Source: Thermodesulfobacteriota bacterium
GTDB taxonomy: Bacteria > Desulfobacterota > Desulfobulbia > Desulfobulbales > S012-135
Assembly: GCA_040755255.1 (NCBI GenBank)
Contig: JBFLZZ010000015.1
Location: 1-32,000, forward strand
DNA length: 32,000 nucleotides
Direction of reading: 5' to 3'
The notes below the pieces were generated by a model that saw nothing but the letters and a program-made list of their open reading frames with translations, was not told the origin of the DNA and did not search any database. This document shows, one piece after another, positions 16,298 through 25,070 of the stretch. A program made the translations under genes and the position numbers. Position 1 is the first letter of the stretch; every line of letters begins with the position of its first letter.

Positions 16298-17060
16298 GCA
16301 CAGGGTGCGATCCAGATTTTCGCGGGCCGCCGCCACCTACGACGAGGCCAGCGACGTGCAGAGGGCGGCGGTCGACCGCCTGGCCTCGCTCTGGCCGCCG
16401 GCCGAGGGCGTCCGCCGCATCCTGGAATTGGGCTGCGGCACCGGCCTGCTCACCGAACTGCTGCTCCATCGTTTTCCCCGGGCGAGGGTGGTTGCGGTGG
16501 ATTTCTCCCTGCCGATGCTCACCCGCGCCCGCGCCCGCGCCCGGGTGGGTGATGGACGGGTGGATTTCGTCTGCGCCGACGGCGAGGAGTTTGTCGCCGG
16601 CAGCCGGCACTCCTTCGATCTGGTGACCTCCAATGCCGCCCTGCAGTGGTTCGCCGACCCGGAAAAAACCCTGGAAAGGCTTCCCCGGCTGATCAGTGGC
16701 GGCGGCCGTCTGGTCTTTTCCTGTTTCGGGCCCGGGACCCTGACCGAGCTCGATCAGGCGCTCGCGGCGACCACCGGCCGATCCATTGCCGCCGCCGGTT
16801 TTACCGGTTTCGCCGCCATGGAACGATGGCTGCGCTCCTCCTTCGCCAGGGTGGAAGGGGAGATCGTCAACTACCGGCGGCACCATGCCGATGTCCGCGC
16901 CCTGCTGCGTTCCCTGCGCGACACCGGCACGGCGGTGCCGGTCCGGGGCGGCCGTCCTCTCACCCCCGGCCGCCTTCGCGCCCTGGACCACTGGTTCAGG
17001 GCGCATGCCGGCGGTTGCCGGGTCACCTACGAAGTGTTCTTTTTCCGGTGCTCGCCATGA
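16272..17060 (+). CDS. bioC: Malonyl-ACP O-methyltransferase (BioC-type class I SAM methyltransferase)
   Basis: N-terminal F..AA.TYDE.SDVQ signature, SAM motif I ILELGCGTG, and position next to bioD. The start (16272) is uncertain within about 30 nt. Confidence 0.8.
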   Translation: MSAEDCSFKHRVRSRFSRAAATYDEASDVQRAAVDRLASLWPPAEGVRRILELGCGTGLLTELLLHRFPRARVVAVDFSLPMLTRARARARVGDGRVDFVCADGEEFVAGSRHSFDLVTSNAALQWFADPEKTLERLPRLISGGGRLVFSCFGPGTLTELDQALAATTGRSIAAAGFTGFAAMERWLRSSFARVEGEIVNYRRHHADVRALLRSLRDTGTAVPVRGGRPLTPGRLRALDHWFRAHAGGCRVTYEVFFFRCSP

Positions 17061-17752
17061 ACAACGCCCTGTTCGTCACCGCCACCGACACCGGTGTCGG
17101 CAAGACCCTGGTCTGTGGCTGTCTCCTCCATTGCCTGCAGGATCTGGGCAGGAAGACGGTCTATCAGAAATGGGTGGCCTCCGGCCTGGCCGAGCCGCCC
17201 ACCGACCTGGATATCATCCGTCGCCTGGCGCCGGCGGCGCTGCCCGACCGACCGGAACTGCATCTTCCCTATGGCTTTGCCTATCCCGCCTCGCCGCATC
17301 TGGCGGCGCGCATGGCGGGGGGGAGGGTGGAGGCGGCGGTGATCGCCCGTGCCTTTGCCGAACTGCGGAGCCGGCACGAGGTGGTGGTGGAAGGGGTTGG
17401 CGGTGTACTGGTTCCGCTCAACGACGGACTGCTGCTCGCCGACCTGCTGGCCGACTGCCGGCCGCCGACCCTGGTGGTGGCCAGAAGCGGCCTCGGCACC
17501 ATCAACCATACCCTTCTGACCCTGGAGGCGCTGCGGGGGAGGGGGATCGAAGTGGTCGGGGTGGTGTGCAGCGATGAACGCGATGGGCTCGACGAGCGGA
17601 TCGTCGCCGACAATATGACCACGGTGGCGAGCCTCGGGCGGGTGCCGGTGTTCGGCCGCCTGCGCCGGCATTCGACGGTGGAGGAGGCGGCCACGGCCTT
17701 CATGCCGCTGGCCGCGGCCATCGTCCGAGCTTTGGGGTGGCTCGAAAAATAG
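17057..17752 (+). CDS. bioD: Dethiobiotin synthetase
   Basis: LFVTATDTGVGKT P-loop, EGVGG, and INHTLLT motifs. ATGA start/stop overlap with bioC. Confidence 0.9.
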   Translation: MNNALFVTATDTGVGKTLVCGCLLHCLQDLGRKTVYQKWVASGLAEPPTDLDIIRRLAPAALPDRPELHLPYGFAYPASPHLAARMAGGRVEAAVIARAFAELRSRHEVVVEGVGGVLVPLNDGLLLADLLADCRPPTLVVARSGLGTINHTLLTLEALRGRGIEVVGVVCSDERDGLDERIVADNMTTVASLGRVPVFGRLRRHSTVEEAATAFMPLAAAIVRALGWLEK

Positions 17753-17758
17753 TTCCGC

Positions 17759-17971
17759 TCAGACGCAGGTGCAGGTGATCCGCTCCTCCGGCACCCCGAG
17801 CTTTTTGAGGAGGAGGCCCAGCGGGCAGAACCTGGTGAAACCGTACTGGAGAAGATTCGCCCCGACAAAGGCGGTGAAGAAGTGCCAGTAGGGATGCACC
17901 CAGATGCCGAGCGCCAGGCTCGCCAGGATGAAGCTGCCCGCGATCACGTGGATCCAGTCGTTGACGATCAT
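17759..17971 (-). CDS. DUF2892-type small inner-membrane protein (YgaP transmembrane-domain-like)
   Basis: 70 aa with two hydrophobic helices and the conserved G.TRFCPLG motif. C-terminal CTC. AAGGAG RBS. Confidence 0.8.
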   Translation of the reverse strand: MIVNDWIHVIAGSFILASLALGIWVHPYWHFFTAFVGANLLQYGFTRFCPLGLLLKKLGVPEERITCTCV

Positions 17972-18044
17972 CGAAGTTCTCCTTGCCTATGTAATCGTTG
18001 CCGATCGAGTTGTCTGCGCGGGCGCACCCGCCGGAGCCCCCTTC

Positions 18045-18827
18045 CTAGCGCCGCAGCTCCCGGGGGGGGCGGCGCAGGGCGCGTTCGGTGAAGATCGCGT
18101 CGGGCAGATTGATGTTGTACTTGATGTCGCTGAACTCGGAGACCGTCGCCCCGCCGCTCAGCACATCCTCCACCCGCGACCTGATCACCGTGGGCAACCC
18201 CTGGATTTCCCTGATTTCCATGGCCTCCATCCGCCGGTACAGCCGCTTGTCCCTGTCCAGATATTCGCTCTTGACCGGCAGGAAGGTCTTCTTGTCGATC
18301 CAGACCGTGTAGGAGGAGAACTCCACCTTGTCGGGGTTTTTGGGCGTGCTCTTCAGCAGGTAGAACCGGTCGGTTTCCTGGACGAGCTGGTGGGTATCCT
18401 TGTAGATGGAACGGCCCGAGATGTCCTCGTAGAAGAGATGGGAGCCGGCAAGGCCGCTCCGTTCGTCGCCGGCGGCAATGCGCTTGACCAGGGACGAGGC
18501 CGGCAGGTACAGCCAGCGGTCGTCGTCGCGGTCCAGGTGCTTGTGCACCATGAGGACCATCCTGCGGAGATCGGCGGGCTGTTCGAGGTGGAGGTAGTAC
18601 TTCTGTTCGCCGCCGTCGGCCGCGTCGCGGCGGAGAAGGACGAACTGCCGTTGGCGTTTTTCGCCCTGCCTGTCGGTGATGGTCATGTGCACGGTGGCGC
18701 GGCTGTCGTCGCCGGCATAGTAGGCGGCGCGGTTGGCGCGGGCGGCGATATCGTCCGCCGTCGGCGGTTCGGCGTCGACCCGGACGGCGAGCAGCAACAG
18801 GGGAAGAACGAACAGCCATCGTTTCAT
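18045..18827 (-). CDS. Periplasmic LolA-like / outer-membrane lipoprotein-sorting-like protein
   Basis: Start set to ATG 18827 (MKRWLFVLPLLLLAVRVDA signal peptide). The beta-rich body has the pattern I associate with LolA-like (outer membrane lipoprotein-sorting) family proteins. The family call is moderate. Confidence 0.7.
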   Translation of the reverse strand: MKRWLFVLPLLLLAVRVDAEPPTADDIAARANRAAYYAGDDSRATVHMTITDRQGEKRQRQFVLLRRDAADGGEQKYYLHLEQPADLRRMVLMVHKHLDRDDDRWLYLPASSLVKRIAAGDERSGLAGSHLFYEDISGRSIYKDTHQLVQETDRFYLLKSTPKNPDKVEFSSYTVWIDKKTFLPVKSEYLDRDKRLYRRMEAMEIREIQGLPTVIRSRVEDVLSGGATVSEFSDIKYNINLPDAIFTERALRRPPRELRR

Positions 18828-18869
18828 GATCGGCTTCCTTTGGCGGGTATCCCGGCAGGGTACTCGGGG

Positions 18870-18886
18870 ACGGATTTCAAATCCGT
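18870..18886. promoter_or_regulatory. Perfect 17-bp palindrome (candidate operator) between the arsR-like and lolA-like genes
   Basis: ACGGATTTCAAATCCGT, nested inside a longer stem GGCAGGG (18854-18860) / CCCTGCC (18888-18894). A CGGATTTC half-site recurs at 19252-19259, just upstream of the putative arsR-like promoter. Confidence 0.4.
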
Positions 18887-18902
18887 TCCCTGCCAAGCCG
18901 GG

Positions 18903-19190
18903 TCATCCGTCCGGGCAGAAGAGCTGACGCATGGTTTTGATCAACTCCGAGATGTGTTCGTCGGCGATACGGTTGTGGATGAAATTGGCATCCTTGCGGA
19001 AGGAAATGATGCCGTGGCTGCGCAGGATGTTGAGATGCTGGGAGACGTTGGCGTTGGTGGTCTTCACTTCCTTCTGCAGGTCGCCGACGGTGAGTTCCTT
19101 GCCGTCGAGGAGGCAGAGGATCTTCAGCCGGATGGGGTGGGCCATGGTTTTCAGCAGACCGGCAATCCTGGCAATGTGTTCGTCGTTCAT
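18903..19190 (-). CDS. ArsR/SmtB-family regulator of the two-Cys YgaV/BigR/SqrR (persulfide-sensing) type
   Basis: wHTH core HPIRLKILCLL...VSQHLNILRSHGII. It has only two Cys, one in the ILC helix before the HTH and one 4 residues from the C-terminus (LFCPDG). The ELCVCD As/metal site is absent. Confidence 0.8.
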   Translation of the reverse strand: MNDEHIARIAGLLKTMAHPIRLKILCLLDGKELTVGDLQKEVKTTNANVSQHLNILRSHGIISFRKDANFIHNRIADEHISELIKTMRQLFCPDG

Positions 19191-19214
19191 TGTGGAGATA
19201 CCATTTACTTTTCC

Positions 19215-19243
19215 AATTTAATTCTGATCATCCCTGCTGTAAA
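19215..19243 (-). promoter_or_regulatory. Putative sigma70 promoter of the arsR-like operon
   Basis: On the minus strand, TTTACA (19243-19238), a 17-nt spacer, then TAAATT (19220-19215), in an AT-rich stretch about 25 nt upstream of the ATG. Confidence 0.35.
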
Positions 19244-19414
19244 GCACCGGGCGGATTTCGTCTCACTGTCGGCCAAAATGCGCCAACCGGTTGTTTTGGT
19301 GAGAAATATCCTGCTGCACCACCACCACTCCGTTCTATATAGCATGGGGAAGGAGGAAAACCTAGGGGCAGAGAGGCTTTTTTCCCAACATCCGGGGCGC
19401 GGCCGCCGGCCGTC

Positions 19415-20218
19415 TCACCTATCACCCGGGTCGACCACCACCGGCGCGCCTTCGGCGAGGCCGAGGAGGGAGGCGGCGTTGCCGTTGGCAACGGCGATTT
19501 CGAGAACGCCGCGGCTGTTGATCAGGGCGATGGCGCCCTCCCCGGAGGCGCGGTAATGGGGAGAAAGACCGTCGATCGTCCAGCCGTGGCAGTGGACGCG
19601 GATGTCCCGTTTTCCGGCGGCGAAAAGAAGGAGGTCCCGATCGCGGATCGAGGTGGCGCAGTTGCCGAAGCGGTCGATGGCGACGATCTCCCCATGCAGG
19701 CGGCCCCCCTGCTGGCGGGCGGCAGGCATGGGGAGGGTGAGTAAACTGGCCGGCGTCACCGGCGGCCCGACCTCTTCCACGGGCAGCCCGCCGGCGAGAC
19801 GGGCGCCGGTCGGCGCGAAGATGTCGCGGCCGTGGAAGGTAGAGGAAACAGCGGGGAGGAAGAGATCCGCCCGGGTCACCTGCCTGGCCGTCGCATCGGG
19901 TTCGGCCGCGAGGATCGGGGTGAGCAGACCGTTGTCCGGGGCGAGAAAGATGCGTTTTCCTGCCTTGAGCGCCACGATGCGGCGGTCGCTGCCGACGCCG
20001 GGATCAACCACGCAGACGTAAACGGTATCGTCCGGAAAATAGCGGTAGCCGGCGGCAAGGAGCAGGGCGGCCTGGCGGACGTCCCCGGGTCGGATGCCGT
20101 GGCTGAGGTCGACGATGGTGAGCCCCGGCGCCAGGGTGAGCAGCACCCCCTTCATCACCCCGACATACTCGTCGGTAAGACCGAAATCGGTGAGCAGGGC
20201 TACCGGGCGCGGGTTCAT
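19415..20218 (-). CDS. SAM hydroxide adenosyltransferase / S-adenosyl-L-methionine hydrolase (DUF62, fluorinase/chlorinase-related)
   Basis: N-terminal LLTDFGLTDEYVG, VDPGVGS, APDNGLL and FHGRDIFAP motifs typical of the family. Confidence 0.85.
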   Translation of the reverse strand: MNPRPVALLTDFGLTDEYVGVMKGVLLTLAPGLTIVDLSHGIRPGDVRQAALLLAAGYRYFPDDTVYVCVVDPGVGSDRRIVALKAGKRIFLAPDNGLLTPILAAEPDATARQVTRADLFLPAVSSTFHGRDIFAPTGARLAGGLPVEEVGPPVTPASLLTLPMPAARQQGGRLHGEIVAIDRFGNCATSIRDRDLLLFAAGKRDIRVHCHGWTIDGLSPHYRASGEGAIALINSRGVLEIAVANGNAASLLGLAEGAPVVVDPGDR

Positions 20219-21186
20219 GGTTGCCGGATGAGCTGGTGCACCGCGACGATCTCCACGTCTGCGGGAGGATCGGCGATGAAGCGCCGCAGGGAGTCCAGGG
20301 TCGGCTGCTTGGGGTGGCCGATGGCGATGGCGCCGCCGTGCTGGCGGGCGATGCGCACCGCTTCGCCAAGTTGGCGGGCGATGGCCGCCGGGTTGAGATC
20401 GTTGTCGAGAAAGACGTCGCGCCTGCCGGCGGCAAGCCCGGCGGCGCGCGCGACATCGTAGCCGACGCTGTTGGCGGTGGTGGAACTGTCCAGGAAGAAC
20501 AGGCGGTTGTCGGCGAGCAGTTGGACGAGGGTGGTCATGGCCCGGCGATCTTCGGTGAAACGGGAACCCATGTGATTGTTGACGCCGATGGCGCCGGGAA
20601 CGGCGGCCAGGTCGTCGGCGAAGATTTTCGCCATGGTGGCGGCAGGCATGGCGACCTGCAGGGCGCCGGCGCCCGGATCCCAGCTGCGGTCCTTGGGTTC
20701 GAGGGGCAGATGCAGGAGGATGTCGCTTCCCTTGGCCCGGGCCGCCCGCAACAGTTCGCCGGCAAAGGGCGCGTGGGGGAGAAAGGCGAAGGAAAGCCGG
20801 ACCGGCATGGCGATGAGCGCCTGCCCCACCTGGCGGTGGTAGCCCATGTCGTCGATGATGATGGCCAGACGCGGATGATTGCCGGCAGGAGGTGCCGCAA
20901 CCGCCGCCGCCGGGGGAGGGGGCTGGTCGGCGGGCGCAGGCAGGGCTGCCTGCGGCGGCGTCTTCGGTTCGGGGGCAGGTGCCGGACGCTGCTTGCTCGG
21001 TGTCGGTGCCAGCGTCGGCACCGGCGCGGTCTTCCTGCCCCGATCCGGCGGCGGGCCGACAAAGAGGATGTAGAAGACGGCGGCGCCGGTCAGGGTCACC
21101 AGCAGCGTCAGGAGAACGGTCTTTACCAGGGCGGGCCGCAGGGTCGACCGTTTCTTTTTCGGTTTTTTTTTACCGGTGGGGGGCAT
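20215..21186 (-). CDS. Divergent polysaccharide deacetylase family protein (YibQ-like) with an N-terminal membrane anchor and a Pro-rich linker
   Basis: Lys-rich N-terminus plus one TM span and a PAPxP linker. Then LAIIIDDMGY...FAFLPH...LLHLPLEP, typical of YibQ. ATGA overlap with the downstream gene. Confidence 0.8.
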   Translation of the reverse strand: MPPTGKKKPKKKRSTLRPALVKTVLLTLLVTLTGAAVFYILFVGPPPDRGRKTAPVPTLAPTPSKQRPAPAPEPKTPPQAALPAPADQPPPPAAAVAAPPAGNHPRLAIIIDDMGYHRQVGQALIAMPVRLSFAFLPHAPFAGELLRAARAKGSDILLHLPLEPKDRSWDPGAGALQVAMPAATMAKIFADDLAAVPGAIGVNNHMGSRFTEDRRAMTTLVQLLADNRLFFLDSSTTANSVGYDVARAAGLAAGRRDVFLDNDLNPAAIARQLGEAVRIARQHGGAIAIGHPKQPTLDSLRRFIADPPADVEIVAVHQLIRQP

Positions 21187-21287
21187 GTTCGGAGCGGTCG
21201 GATGTCAGGGTTCAGTGGACAGCCGTCCGACAGCAGGGCGGAACGGGTTGTTTGTTTCTCCCAGACTGCCGACTGCCGACTGCGAAT

Positions 21288-22286
21288 TCATTTGTTGCGG
21301 TCGAGAACATAGCCCGCCAGGGCGGTGAGCAGGCTCCTGGCGCGGCATTCGGGAAAACCGGCCAGGGCGGCGACCGCCTCGCCGGTGAGGGCGGCGGCGG
21401 TTTCCCGGGCGCGGGCAAGGCCGCCGGCGACGAGTTCCTTCATCTCGGCGAAATCCCCCGGATCGCGCCGGGAAAGAAGCTGGCGTATCCTGGCGGCCTC
21501 GCCGGCCCCGCCATCCTGGAGGGCATACAGTACCGGCAGGGTCAGTTTGCCTTCGAGAAAGTCGTTGCCCACCGCCTTGCCGGTGGCTGCCGGATCGCCC
21601 TGGTAATCGAGCAGATCGTCGACGATTTGGAAGCAGACGCCGAGATTGGCGCCGTAGGTGGCCAGACGGCGGCACTGCTCCTCGGTGGCGCCGCCGGCCA
21701 GGGCGCCCACCTCGCAGGCCGCCTGGATGAGGGCGCCGGTCTTGCCCCGGACCACCGCGAAATAGGTCTCGGTATCGGCGGCGGCCTTGCCTCCGGCGAC
21801 GTCCATCTGCAGAAATTCCGCCTCGACCATGGCCGCGGTGGCCTGGCCGATGGCCGCCATGCAGCCTCTGCCGCCGGCGGCCCCGGCCATGGCAAAAGCC
21901 CGGGCGTGCAGGTAGTCGCCGGCAAGGATCACCCGGGAATTGCCCCATACGGTGTTGGCGGTGGCCCGGCCGCGCCGCTGGGCTGCGCCGTCGATGACGT
22001 CGTCGTGGAGCAGGCTCGCCGCGTGCAGGTACTCGAGCGGGATGGCGAGATCGTAGCGGCCCCGGTCACGGGTGGCGGCGCCGGTGACCAGGTCGGCGGT
22101 GAACAGGGTGAGGGCGGGCCGGATGCGCTTGCCGCCGGCGAGCAGGAGATGGCCCAGGATGGCGGCGAGATCCGGGCTGGCGATCCGGTCGATATCCTCG
22201 CGGATCCGCTGGTCGATGGCCGCCGCTTCCAGGCCGAGGCTGGCGAACAGGTTCTGCTGATCCGATGGACTGAGGGGAGTGGGCAT
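21288..22286 (-). CDS. ispB: Long-chain trans-polyprenyl diphosphate synthase (IspB-like)
   Basis: First DDxxD in LLHDDVIDGA and second in FQIVDDLLDY. 332 aa. Confidence 0.9.
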   Translation of the reverse strand: MPTPLSPSDQQNLFASLGLEAAAIDQRIREDIDRIASPDLAAILGHLLLAGGKRIRPALTLFTADLVTGAATRDRGRYDLAIPLEYLHAASLLHDDVIDGAAQRRGRATANTVWGNSRVILAGDYLHARAFAMAGAAGGRGCMAAIGQATAAMVEAEFLQMDVAGGKAAADTETYFAVVRGKTGALIQAACEVGALAGGATEEQCRRLATYGANLGVCFQIVDDLLDYQGDPAATGKAVGNDFLEGKLTLPVLYALQDGGAGEAARIRQLLSRRDPGDFAEMKELVAGGLARARETAAALTGEAVAALAGFPECRARSLLTALAGYVLDRNK

Positions 22287-22374
22287 GAAGACAGGCTCCG
22301 GGGTATGCGGTCAGGTGCATGGGTCCTGCAGATCGTTGAGGACCTGTATTCCCGTGCACCCACGCGTGCGTCCA

Positions 22375-24345
22375 CTACATACCCTGTTCTCGGTCGTTTG
22401 GCAATGTGTCCTCCTCGCCGTTCCCCGTTGCGGTGGCGGCGAAAAATCGCGCCACCGCGGCGAGATCGCGACTCACCGGCGCCGGCGGCAGACTGCGGAG
22501 GAAGCGCCTGCCGTAGCCCTTGCCGAACAGGCGGGTGTCGAGGATGGCGATGACCCCCCGGTCGTCGCGGTTGCGGAGCAGGCGGCCGACCCCCTGGCGC
22601 AGGGCGAGAATGGCCCGGGGGATCTGCAGGTCGAAAAACGGGTTGCCGCCCTCGCCGCGGATGCGCTCGATCCGCACCTGCAGCACCGGGTCGCTGGGCA
22701 CCTCGAAGGGCAGTTTGTCGATGATGACGCAGCTCAGGGCCTCGCCGGGGACGTCTACCCCCTCCCAGAAGCTGGCCACCGCCAGCAGCACCGAATGGGT
22801 GTTGTCCCGGAACCGTTCCAGCAGCGTCTTGCGCGGCGCCTCGCCCTGGACGAAGATGTCGTAGGGCAGCTGCCGCCGGAGCTCCGGCGCGCAGGCCTGC
22901 ATGGCGGTGATGGAGGTGAACAGCACCAGGGCGCGGCCGCGGGAGAGCGCCAGGATGTCGCGGATCATGGCGCGGGCGGCAGCGGCGTAGGCAGGTTCGG
23001 TCGGCAGCGGAAAATCGTTGCCGGGTACGAAGACCAGCGCCCGATTCCTGTAGTCGAAGGGGGCTTCCACCACCAGGGTTTCCGCTTCGGCGGGAATGCC
23101 CATCCGTTCACGGAAATAGGTGAACGATCCGTTCACCGCCAGGGTCGCCGAGGTGAAGACCGCGCTTCTGACCCGGCCGTAGAGTTCGGCCATGTGGCCG
23201 GCGACCTCGATGGGCGAGGCGCCGAGGGCGACGCTCCGTTCCCGCCGTTCGTACCAGTAGACCAGGGTGGAGTCCAGACATTCCCGGAACACCGCCAGAT
23301 CGTGCAGCATGGCGGAACAGCGTGCTTCGAGACCGCTCCAGGCGTCGGCGCCGCGGCTGCTTGCGCGGCAGTGGTCGCCGGCCTGTTCGATGGCCGCGGC
23401 GGTGGCGTCGATGGTTTCGTGCCAATGGCCGCACCGTTCGATGAAGGGCACCAGCGCCATCCGGCCCCGTTCCGGAGGGAAGGCGGCGGCGAAATCCTCG
23501 GCCCGGCCCTTCAGGCGCCGGCCGAGCTTTTCCGCCTCCCTGGCGTCGGTGGTGGCGGCCTTCGCCAGGTCGGCGGCCAGATCGAGCAGCCGGTAGTGGC
23601 TGAAACCGATGCCGAAGTACTGGGTGGCGATGTCTTCCAGGTGGTGCGCCTCGTCGAAGATCACCGATTCGTAGCGGGGCAGCAGTTCGGCGTTGCCCTG
23701 TCGGCGGATGGCGAGATCGGAGAAGAAGAGATGGTGGTTGACGATGACCAGGTCGCAGCCGGCGGCGCGGGTCCGCTGGCGGGTGATGAAGCAGGCGCGG
23801 AATTCCGGGCAGGCGGAACCGAAGCACTGGCCGGCGGTGGCGCTCATCTCCCTCCAGACGGGGTCGTCGTCGGCGAGCCAGTCCAACTCCGCCCGGTCGC
23901 CGCTGTCGGTATCCGCCACCCAGCACCGCAATCTGGTCACCCGTTCCGCCTCGGCGACGAGGGAGAGTTGCGGCGAGGCCATCGTCTGCTGCCAGCGGTA
24001 CAGGCAGAGATAGTTCTGCCGGCCCTTCAGGCAGATGGTTTTGAGCCGCGGCGCCAGGTGACGGCGGAGAAAGGGGATGTCCTTGTCGAGGATCTGATCC
24101 TGCAGGTTGCGGGTGGCGGTGGAGATGACGATCTTCTGCCCGGAAAAGGCGGCGGGAATCAGGTAGGCCAGGGTCTTGCCGGTGCCGGTGCCCGCCTCGG
24201 CCATCAGGCAGTTGGCGCCGGTGGCTGCGGCCGGCAGCTGCAGGGTGCGGAATATGGCCGTGGCCAGCTGGTGCTGGGCGGGACGCGCCTCGAAGTTGGC
24301 GAGGAAGCGGCCCAGGGGGCCGGAGGCGGAAAAAAGATCGTCCAT
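22375..24345 (-). CDS. dinG: DinG/XPD-family ATP-dependent DNA helicase with an Fe-S cluster domain
   Basis: Walker A GTGTGKTLAYLIPA, DEAH box FDEAHHLED, and Cys cluster C-x(n)-CFGSACPEFRAC. Start ambiguous: ATG 24345 preferred, ATG 24399 or GTG 24456 possible. Confidence 0.85.
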   Translation of the reverse strand: MDDLFSASGPLGRFLANFEARPAQHQLATAIFRTLQLPAAATGANCLMAEAGTGTGKTLAYLIPAAFSGQKIVISTATRNLQDQILDKDIPFLRRHLAPRLKTICLKGRQNYLCLYRWQQTMASPQLSLVAEAERVTRLRCWVADTDSGDRAELDWLADDDPVWREMSATAGQCFGSACPEFRACFITRQRTRAAGCDLVIVNHHLFFSDLAIRRQGNAELLPRYESVIFDEAHHLEDIATQYFGIGFSHYRLLDLAADLAKAATTDAREAEKLGRRLKGRAEDFAAAFPPERGRMALVPFIERCGHWHETIDATAAAIEQAGDHCRASSRGADAWSGLEARCSAMLHDLAVFRECLDSTLVYWYERRERSVALGASPIEVAGHMAELYGRVRSAVFTSATLAVNGSFTYFRERMGIPAEAETLVVEAPFDYRNRALVFVPGNDFPLPTEPAYAAAARAMIRDILALSRGRALVLFTSITAMQACAPELRRQLPYDIFVQGEAPRKTLLERFRDNTHSVLLAVASFWEGVDVPGEALSCVIIDKLPFEVPSDPVLQVRIERIRGEGGNPFFDLQIPRAILALRQGVGRLLRNRDDRGVIAILDTRLFGKGYGRRFLRSLPPAPVSRDLAAVARFFAATATGNGEEDTLPNDREQGM

Positions 24346-24505
24346 GGTATCCGTCGCTGCCGGCGACGGTGGAGAAAGCCGTCCGCCGGCCTGCTGCATT
24401 TTGTGTTTGAAAATCGGCGCCCCCGTATATAGAGTGAAGGCAGGCCGTGCGTTCACCGACGGAAGAACTTTACGCCGCGGCGTTCACCCCAAAGGAGGAA
24501 AAGGC

Positions 24506-24973
24506 ATGCAGGATATCAAAAAAATTCTGGTCCCGGTCGATTTTTCTGAGAACTCGGCGAAAATAGTCGAAGCCGCCCTGTTTTTCCGCGGCAAATGCGA
24601 TGCCGCCATCTGTTTCGTCTTCGTCGTGCAGAGCTTCGAGGACTATTCCGGCTTTTTCGTGCCGCACATGCCCATCGCCACCTTTGAGCAGGAACTGCTG
24701 GACAGCGCCGAGAAGAAGATGAAGGATTTCCTCCGCGATCTGGTCGGCAACGATGTCCCCTACGCCTGGAAGGTACTTTCCGGCGACGTCGCCGAGGAGA
24801 TCGTTTCCCACGCCGAGGCGGAACGGGTGGACCTGATCATCATGGGCACCCATGGCTACAAGGGACTGGAGAAGATCCTCTTCGGCAGCGTCGCGGAGAA
24901 GGTGGTGAAGACCGCCGGCTGCCCGGTGATGACCATCAACCCGTACAAGATGGGGAGCAAGCCTGCCGCCTGA
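24506..24973 (+). CDS. Universal stress protein (UspA family)
   Basis: KKILVPVDFSENS, IIMGTHG and GSVAEKVVKTAGCPVMTI motifs. AAAGGAGGAAAAGGC precedes the ATG at 24506. Confidence 0.9.
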   Translation: MQDIKKILVPVDFSENSAKIVEAALFFRGKCDAAICFVFVVQSFEDYSGFFVPHMPIATFEQELLDSAEKKMKDFLRDLVGNDVPYAWKVLSGDVAEEIVSHAEAERVDLIIMGTHGYKGLEKILFGSVAEKVVKTAGCPVMTINPYKMGSKPAA

Positions 24974-25070
24974 CCCGGTACGCCGGTACGCGGGGGGGCG
25001 GAATCTGTGGAAACCACCCAGGCTGGCTGCGGGTATGCGGACCGTTCCGGCTCGCTTCATCCCCCCCTTC

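Noticed and set aside
17904-19556. 550-aa ORF on the plus strand
   Set aside because: It runs antisense across four independently supported minus-strand genes (DUF2892, LolA-like, ArsR-like, SAM hydrolase). It has no motifs.
21264-21284. Heptamer tandem repeat GACTGCC GACTGCC GACTGCG between ispB and the YibQ-like gene, and the octamer duplication CCGGTACG x2 at 24975-24990
   Set aside because: These are only 2-3 units, with no associated structure or gene-start context. They are probably replication-slippage relics without evident function.
22279-24432. 717-aa ORF on the plus strand
   Set aside because: It is antisense to the DinG helicase, which has Walker A, DEAH and Fe-S motifs. The composition is low complexity (G/A/R/V). 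It is a shadow ORF.
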